Source: Alkalilimnicola ehrlichii MLHE-1 (lineage in GTDB: Bacteria; Pseudomonadota; Gammaproteobacteria; Nitrococcales; Halorhodospiraceae). From it: DNA of 32,000 nt. Positions 27,286-32,000 of this stretch are shown here, piece by piece. A model generated the notes under the pieces. That model saw only the letters and a program-made list of their open reading frames with translations. It did no database searches and was not told the DNA's origin. Position 1 is the first letter of the stretch. Each line of letters starts with the position of its first letter. The stretch lies in assembly GCF_000014785.1 (NCBI RefSeq), contig NC_008340.1, positions 3,180,001-3,212,000 on the forward strand, in the 5' to 3' direction. The translations under genes and the position numbers were made by a program.

Positions 27286-28056
27286 ATGGCCACGCCGCTG
27301 CTGAGCCTGCACGATCTGGTCATCCACATCCCCGAGCGCGAGTCGGGCGAACCGCTGGACCTGGCCGTGCACCCCGGTCAGTGCTGGGGGATCCTCGGCC
27401 CCAACGGGGTCGGCAAGACCACACTGCTGCACACCCTGGCCGGGCTGCGCGCGCCGCGCCGGGGCAGCGTACGCCTGGCGGGCACCCGGCTGGCCGAGCT
27501 GGGCCGTCAGGCCGTGGCCCGGCGGATGGCCCTGGTCTTCCAGGACCACCACGACGGCTTTCCCGCCACGGTGCTGGAGACGGCGCTGATCGGCCGTCAT
27601 CCCTACCTGCGTGCCTGGGATGTGGAATCCCCCGAGGACCTGGCCATCGCCCGCGGGGCGCTGGCGCGGGTGGACCTGGCGCACCTGGAGCACCGGCTGA
27701 TCGCCACCCTCTCCGGCGGTGAACGCCAGCGCCTGGCCATCGCCACCGCCCTCACCCAGACCCCGGAGCTCTACCTGCTGGACGAACCCACCAACCACCT
27801 GGATCTGCACCACCAGTCCCGGGTGCTGGCCCTGATCCACGAGGAAGTGGCCCGGGACGGCGCCGCCGTGCTCTCCCTGCACGACGTCAACCTGGCCGCC
27901 CGCCACTGCGACCACCTGCTGCTCCTCTACCCCGATGGCCAGGCCTGCTGGGGCGCCACCGACCGTATGCTGGTCCCGGAGGCGCTGGAACGGCTTTACG
28001 GCCAGCGCCTGGCCCGCGGCCAGGTGGGCGGTGTGCCCATCTTCATACCCCACTGA
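27286..28056 (+). CDS. btuD: Vitamin B12 ABC transporter ATP-binding protein
   Basis: Walker A GPNGVGKTT, signature LSGGERQRLAIA, Walker B LYLLDEPTNHLD. ATG 27286 lies 1 nt after the btuC stop. Confidence 0.88.
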   Translation: MATPLLSLHDLVIHIPERESGEPLDLAVHPGQCWGILGPNGVGKTTLLHTLAGLRAPRRGSVRLAGTRLAELGRQAVARRMALVFQDHHDGFPATVLETALIGRHPYLRAWDVESPEDLAIARGALARVDLAHLEHRLIATLSGGERQRLAIATALTQTPELYLLDEPTNHLDLHHQSRVLALIHEEVARDGAAVLSLHDVNLAARHCDHLLLLYPDGQACWGATDRMLVPEALERLYGQRLARGQVGGVPIFIPH

Positions 28057-28072
28057 AGGAGTCCACAGCGCA

Positions 28073-29110
28073 ATGAGCGACACGCCCTGGTGGCACACCC
28101 CACCGCCACGACCCGACACCGCCCTGGCGGCGCGCGCCCGGCGCCGGCTGGACACCCTGATCAAGCCGCCCGGCTCGCTGGGCCGGCTGGAGGCGCTAGC
28201 CGCAACGCTGGCTGCCCAGCAGGGCCGGCCCGAACCCCAGGTGGAGCGGGTCCATATCAGCGTCTTCGCCGCCGACCACGGCGTCTGCGCCGAGGCAATC
28301 TCCAGCGTCCCGCAGGCCGTGACCGCGGGTATGGTACGGCGCTTCTCCGCCGGCGATGCGGCCATCGCCGTGCTGGCGCGCCAACTGGGGGCGGGGCTGG
28401 AGGTCATCAACCTCGGCACCCTCGAACCCCTGCCCGCCCTGCCGGCCGTGGTGGACGCCCGACTGGCGCGCGGCACGGCGAACATGCGAACCGGGCCGGC
28501 GATGGACCGGGAGACCGTCGCCGCGGCTCTGGAGGAGGGGCGGCGGGCCTTCCGGCGGGCCGGCGACTGCGACCTGTTCATTGGCGGCGAGATGGGAATC
28601 GGCAACACCACGGCGGCCGCCGCGCTGGGCGGGGCCCTGCTGGGGCTGGGCAGCGAGCTGGCCGGCCCGGGCACCGGGCTGGACGCGGCGGGGGTGGAGC
28701 GGAAGCGGGCGGTCATCGATCAGGCCCTGCACCGGCATGGGCCCCACCTGGCGTCGCCGCTGGAGGCCCTGCGCCGGGTGGGCGGGCTGGAGATCGCCGG
28801 CCTCACCGGTGCCTTCATCGCCGCGGCCCAGGCCCGCAGCCCCGTGCTGGTGGACGGGTTTATCGCCACGGTGGCGGCGCTGACGGCGGTGCGGCTGAAC
28901 CCGGGCGTGCGGGACTGGCTGCATTTTGGCCACCACTCCGCCGAACCCGGCCACACCCGCCTGCTCCAGACGCTGGCGGCCGAGGGGCTGCTCGACCTGG
29001 GGATGCGCCTGGGCGAGGGCACCGGGGCTGCGGCCGCCGTCCCGCTGCTGCGCATGGCCTGCGCGCTCTACCGGGAGATGGCCACCTTCCAGGAGGCCGG
29101 GTTTACTTAA
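28073..29110 (+). CDS. cobT: Nicotinate-nucleotide--dimethylbenzimidazole phosphoribosyltransferase
   Basis: LIKPPGSLGRLE, ISVFAADHGV and GEMGIGNTTAAAAL motifs. AAGGAG SD upstream of ATG 28073. The track ORF start at 27935 is an extension. Confidence 0.92.
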   Translation: MSDTPWWHTPPPRPDTALAARARRRLDTLIKPPGSLGRLEALAATLAAQQGRPEPQVERVHISVFAADHGVCAEAISSVPQAVTAGMVRRFSAGDAAIAVLARQLGAGLEVINLGTLEPLPALPAVVDARLARGTANMRTGPAMDRETVAAALEEGRRAFRRAGDCDLFIGGEMGIGNTTAAAALGGALLGLGSELAGPGTGLDAAGVERKRAVIDQALHRHGPHLASPLEALRRVGGLEIAGLTGAFIAAAQARSPVLVDGFIATVAALTAVRLNPGVRDWLHFGHHSAEPGHTRLLQTLAAEGLLDLGMRLGEGTGAAAAVPLLRMACALYREMATFQEAGFT

Positions 29111-29615
29111 TGGTCAGGGGCTGGCCCGCCACCGTGAACACCACCTGTTCGCAGCGGGCCGCAACCGCCTGATTGAGCTCCCCCAGGGCATCACAGAAGC
29201 GCCGGCCCAGGGGGTTGGGGGGGACCAGGCCCATGCCCACCTCGTTGCTGACCAGGATGATCCGGCCCGGCAGCGTGGGCAGCACCTCCAGCAGCCGCGC
29301 CTGCTCGGTGGCCAAGCGCGCCTCGCCGGCCAGCAGCAGGTTGGAGACCCACAGGTTCAGGCAGTCCACCAGCAGGCAACGCCCTTCGCCGGCGGCCTGG
29401 CCAAGGCCCTCGGCCAGCGCCTCCGGCACTTCCAGGGAGCGCCACTCGGGGGGGCGGCGCTCCCGGTGGCGGCGGATCCGCTCGGCCATCTCGGTATCAT
29501 CGCTCTGGCGGGCGGTGGCCAGGTAGGTCACCGGCCACCCGCAGCCCCGGGCCAGCTGCTCGGCGTAGCGGCTCTTTCCCGAGCGGATGCCGCCGGTGAT
29601 CAGGGTGCGCATCAC
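29103..29615 (-). CDS. cobU: Bifunctional adenosylcobinamide kinase / adenosylcobinamide-phosphate guanylyltransferase
   Basis: [16 protein letters not shown]-loop; about 170 aa. Start is GTG 29615 or ATG 29612, overlapping the aroE stop. The 3' end overlaps the cobT 3' end by 8 bp. Confidence 0.9.
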   Translation of the reverse strand: MMRTLITGGIRSGKSRYAEQLARGCGWPVTYLATARQSDDTEMAERIRRHRERRPPEWRSLEVPEALAEGLGQAAGEGRCLLVDCLNLWVSNLLLAGEARLATEQARLLEVLPTLPGRIILVSNEVGMGLVPPNPLGRRFCDALGELNQAVAARCEQVVFTVAGQPLTIK

Positions 29616-30424
29616 TCGGGCCGCAACGCCGCAATCACCGGTGCGCTCTCCGGACGCACCCCGCGCCAGATCAGAAAGGACTCCGCAGCCTGCTCGACCA
29701 GCATGCCCAGGCCATCCACCGCCATTGCGGCGCCGTGCGCCCGGGCCCAGCGCACGAAGGGGGTGGGCTGATCCCCGTAGACCATGTCGTAGCAGGTGGC
29801 GCCCGGCGCCAGCAGATCGTCGGGCAGCGGCGGCAGCTCACCGGCCAGCCCGGCGGAGGTGCCGTTGATCACCACGTCGAAAGGCCCTTGCAGGCGGTCG
29901 AACCCCACCGCGGACAACCGGCCCTGGTCGGCGAAGAGCTCCACCAGGGCCTCCGCCCGCGCCACCGTGCGGTTGGCGATCACCACCTCACCGGGCGCCT
30001 CGGGCAGCAGGGCCGGCAGCACCCCGCGCACCGCACCGCCCGCGCCAATGACCAGCACCCGCCGTCCCTGCAGCGCGGCACCGTGGTTCACGGTCAGATC
30101 CCGCACCAGACCGGTGCCGTCGGTGTTGTCCCCCACCAGCCGGCCGGCCTCCGCCAGCAGGGTGTTCACTGCCCCGGCCCGCTCGGCACGGGGCGCGCGC
30201 CGGTCGACCAGGACCCAAGCCTGCTCCTTGAAGGGGACGGTGATGTTCAGCCCCTTCCCGCCGCTGGCGAAGAAGGCGCGCACCGCCGGCTCGAAGCCCT
30301 CCAGCGGCACCCGCATCCGCTCGTAGGCGATGGCCTGGCCGGTCTGCTCGGCGAACATCCGGTGGATCTCGGGCGACTTGCTGTGCTCGATGGGGTTGCC
30401 CATCACGGCATAACGGTCCGTCAT
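29612..30424 (-). CDS. aroE: Shikimate 5-dehydrogenase
   Basis: [25 protein letters not shown] and [10 protein letters not shown] motifs. ATG 30424 with GGGAG upstream. Confidence 0.92.
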   Translation of the reverse strand: MTDRYAVMGNPIEHSKSPEIHRMFAEQTGQAIAYERMRVPLEGFEPAVRAFFASGGKGLNITVPFKEQAWVLVDRRAPRAERAGAVNTLLAEAGRLVGDNTDGTGLVRDLTVNHGAALQGRRVLVIGAGGAVRGVLPALLPEAPGEVVIANRTVARAEALVELFADQGRLSAVGFDRLQGPFDVVINGTSAGLAGELPPLPDDLLAPGATCYDMVYGDQPTPFVRWARAHGAAMAVDGLGMLVEQAAESFLIWRGVRPESAPVIAALRPE

Positions 30425-30509
30425 AACCACTCCCGGGCTGGCATAGTTGCGCCAGGGATTGTAACCGGACCGCGGCCGCGATGCGCCAGTGGCCAGGACA
30501 GGCCCCGGG

Positions 30510-31766
30510 TCAGCCGCCAAAGGCCAGCATCAGCAGATAGAAGAAGAAGACCGCCAGGATGCCGCCCGCCGGCAGGGTCACCAGCCAGGACATGAACACA
30601 CCACCCACCACGCGCAGGTTCAGCGCCGCAATACCGCGGGCGAGGCCGATACCGAGCACCGCGCCCACCAGGGTCTGGGTGGTGGAGATGGGCAGGCCGA
30701 AACCGGAGGCGAAGACCACCGTGCCGGCGGTGGCCAGACCGCAGGCGAAGCCCCGGCTGGGGGTGAGCTGGGTGATATTGCTGCCCACCGTGGCGATCAC
30801 GTGGTGGCCCAGCATAAACAGGCCGGCGACGATGCCACCACCGCCCAGCAGCAGGATCCACAGGGGCAGCTCGGCCTGGGCCGTTACGTCGCCATCACTG
30901 GTCACCACACTGACCACCGCCGCCACCGGCCCGATGGCGTTGGCGACATCGTTGGAGCCGTGGGCGAAGGCCATGGCACAGGCCACCACCACCATCAGCA
31001 CACCGAAGACCCGCTCCACCGAGGCGAAGTGGAAATCCCGATCGGCGCTGGGGTCGACCCCGATGCGCGCCACCAAGCCCTTGCCCACCAGCCACAGTGC
31101 CACGGCGAAGAACAGTGAGTAGCCATAGCTCTGCGCCTCGCTGATCTCCAGCCCCAGATGACCCAGGCCCTTGAGCAGGGTGACCGAGGCGATGACAAAG
31201 CCCGTCAGGCCGATGTAGACCGGCACCCAGACGCGGGCCGCGCGGAGCGGATCGGGGGTGTCAAAGACCAGGTACTGGACACTGCGGAAGAGCAGGAAAC
31301 TGGCGATACCCGCCAGCACCGGCGACACCACCCAACTCGCCACCACGGTGCCCACCACCCCCCACTGCACGGCGCTCCAGCCGACAGCGGCGATGGCGAA
31401 ACCGACCAGCGCGCCGATGATCGAGTGGGTGGTGGAGACCGGCCAGCCCTTCTTCGAGGCCACCAGCAGCCAGGTACCGGCGGCCGCCAGGGCCGCCAGC
31501 ATGCCGAAGACCAGCACCTCCGGCGAGTCCTCCATCAGGCCGGCGTCGACAATGCCGCTGCGCACCGTGGCGGTGACTTCACCCCCGGCCAGGACGGCCC
31601 CCGCGAACTCGAAGATCGCCGCCACCACCACCGCCTGGCGGATAGTGAGCACCTTCGAGCCCACGGAGGGCGCCATGGCGTTGGCCACATCGTTCGCCCC
31701 GATGCCCCAGGCCATGAACAGCCCGAAGGCGGCGGCCAACACCAGGTATACGACACCGTATTCCAT
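30510..31766 (-). CDS. Inorganic phosphate transporter, PiT family
   Basis: Duplicated PiT signature [15 protein letters not shown] and [14 protein letters not shown]; polytopic; 418 aa. Confidence 0.92.
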   Translation of the reverse strand: MEYGVVYLVLAAAFGLFMAWGIGANDVANAMAPSVGSKVLTIRQAVVVAAIFEFAGAVLAGGEVTATVRSGIVDAGLMEDSPEVLVFGMLAALAAAGTWLLVASKKGWPVSTTHSIIGALVGFAIAAVGWSAVQWGVVGTVVASWVVSPVLAGIASFLLFRSVQYLVFDTPDPLRAARVWVPVYIGLTGFVIASVTLLKGLGHLGLEISEAQSYGYSLFFAVALWLVGKGLVARIGVDPSADRDFHFASVERVFGVLMVVVACAMAFAHGSNDVANAIGPVAAVVSVVTSDGDVTAQAELPLWILLLGGGGIVAGLFMLGHHVIATVGSNITQLTPSRGFACGLATAGTVVFASGFGLPISTTQTLVGAVLGIGLARGIAALNLRVVGGVFMSWLVTLPAGGILAVFFFYLLMLAFGG

Positions 31767-31783
31767 GCGTGGCTGGCGCTCCC

Positions 31784-32000
31784 TCAGCGGGCCATCAGGA
31801 TTTGCAGTCGGCTTCCGGTCTGCTGGGCCCGGTCCGCCAGGGTCCCCACCCGTTCGATCAGTTGGTAGAGGAACATGACATCGACGGGGGGGATGCGTGG
31901 CTCCAGCTTCTGCAGCAGGCTGCGCAGCTGGACCTGCATACGGTCGGTGTCATGCTCGATGGCGTCCAGCTTGTCGAGCATTTCCTGCACCACCTCCACC
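31784..32000 (-). CDS. DUF47 / PhoU-like phosphate transport regulator (TIGR00153-type), C-terminal part; 5' end outside the window
   Basis: C-terminal helical sequence ...IEHDTDRMQVQLRSLL...FLYQLIERVGTLADRAQQTGSRLQILMAR. Has the conserved pairing immediately upstream of a PiT gene. The frame is open to the window edge. Confidence 0.7.
   Translation of the reverse strand, partial: VEVVQEMLDKLDAIEHDTDRMQVQLRSLLQKLEPRIPPVDVMFLYQLIERVGTLADRAQQTGSRLQILMAR

Noticed and set aside
1-32000. Scan for CRISPR arrays, IS/transposase or integrase genes, tRNA/rRNA genes, toxin-antitoxin or defence-system genes, and long direct repeats.
   Set aside because: Nothing of these kinds was found. Every ORF of plausible coding quality is accounted for by LPS, cobalamin, aroE or phosphate-transport functions. 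The only substantial repeat is the riboswitch pair.

Overview
High-GC bacterial chromosome segment, probably gammaproteobacterial (inferred from gene content and order only). It is densely coding and has two functional halves. The first, 1-15.3 kb, is an LPS core / lipid A cluster. It holds two GT9 heptosyltransferases, GT1, GT2 and GT-B glycosyltransferases, an O-antigen-ligase-family protein, a UDP-xylose-synthase-type decarboxylase, msbA and a KdkA-like kinase paralogue. It also holds lpxL, kdkA, a Kdo hydroxylase (kdoO-like), hldD and hldE. A small MaoC-type dehydratase gene follows at 15.4-15.8 kb. The second half, 15.9-29.6 kb, is a cobalamin late-pathway/salvage and uptake cluster. Its minus arm is btuB-cobO-cbiA-cobQ, the centre is cobS-cobC divergent from cbiB-cobD, and its plus arm is btuF-btuC-btuD-cobT, with a convergent cobU. 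Two clearly paralogous cobalamin riboswitches fire outward from the central core. The window ends with aroE, a PiT phosphate transporter and a partial DUF47/PhoU-like gene. I saw no tRNA, rRNA, CRISPR, transposase, integrase or phage genes. The many long extra ORFs in the track are antisense or out-of-frame shadows typical of high-GC DNA. I do not see a convincing novel multi-gene system. The most unusual items are a KdkA paralogue lacking the catalytic Asp, a translationally coupled kdoO-kdkA pair inside the heptose operon, the mirrored promoter+riboswitch modules, and a long C-rich btuB leader.
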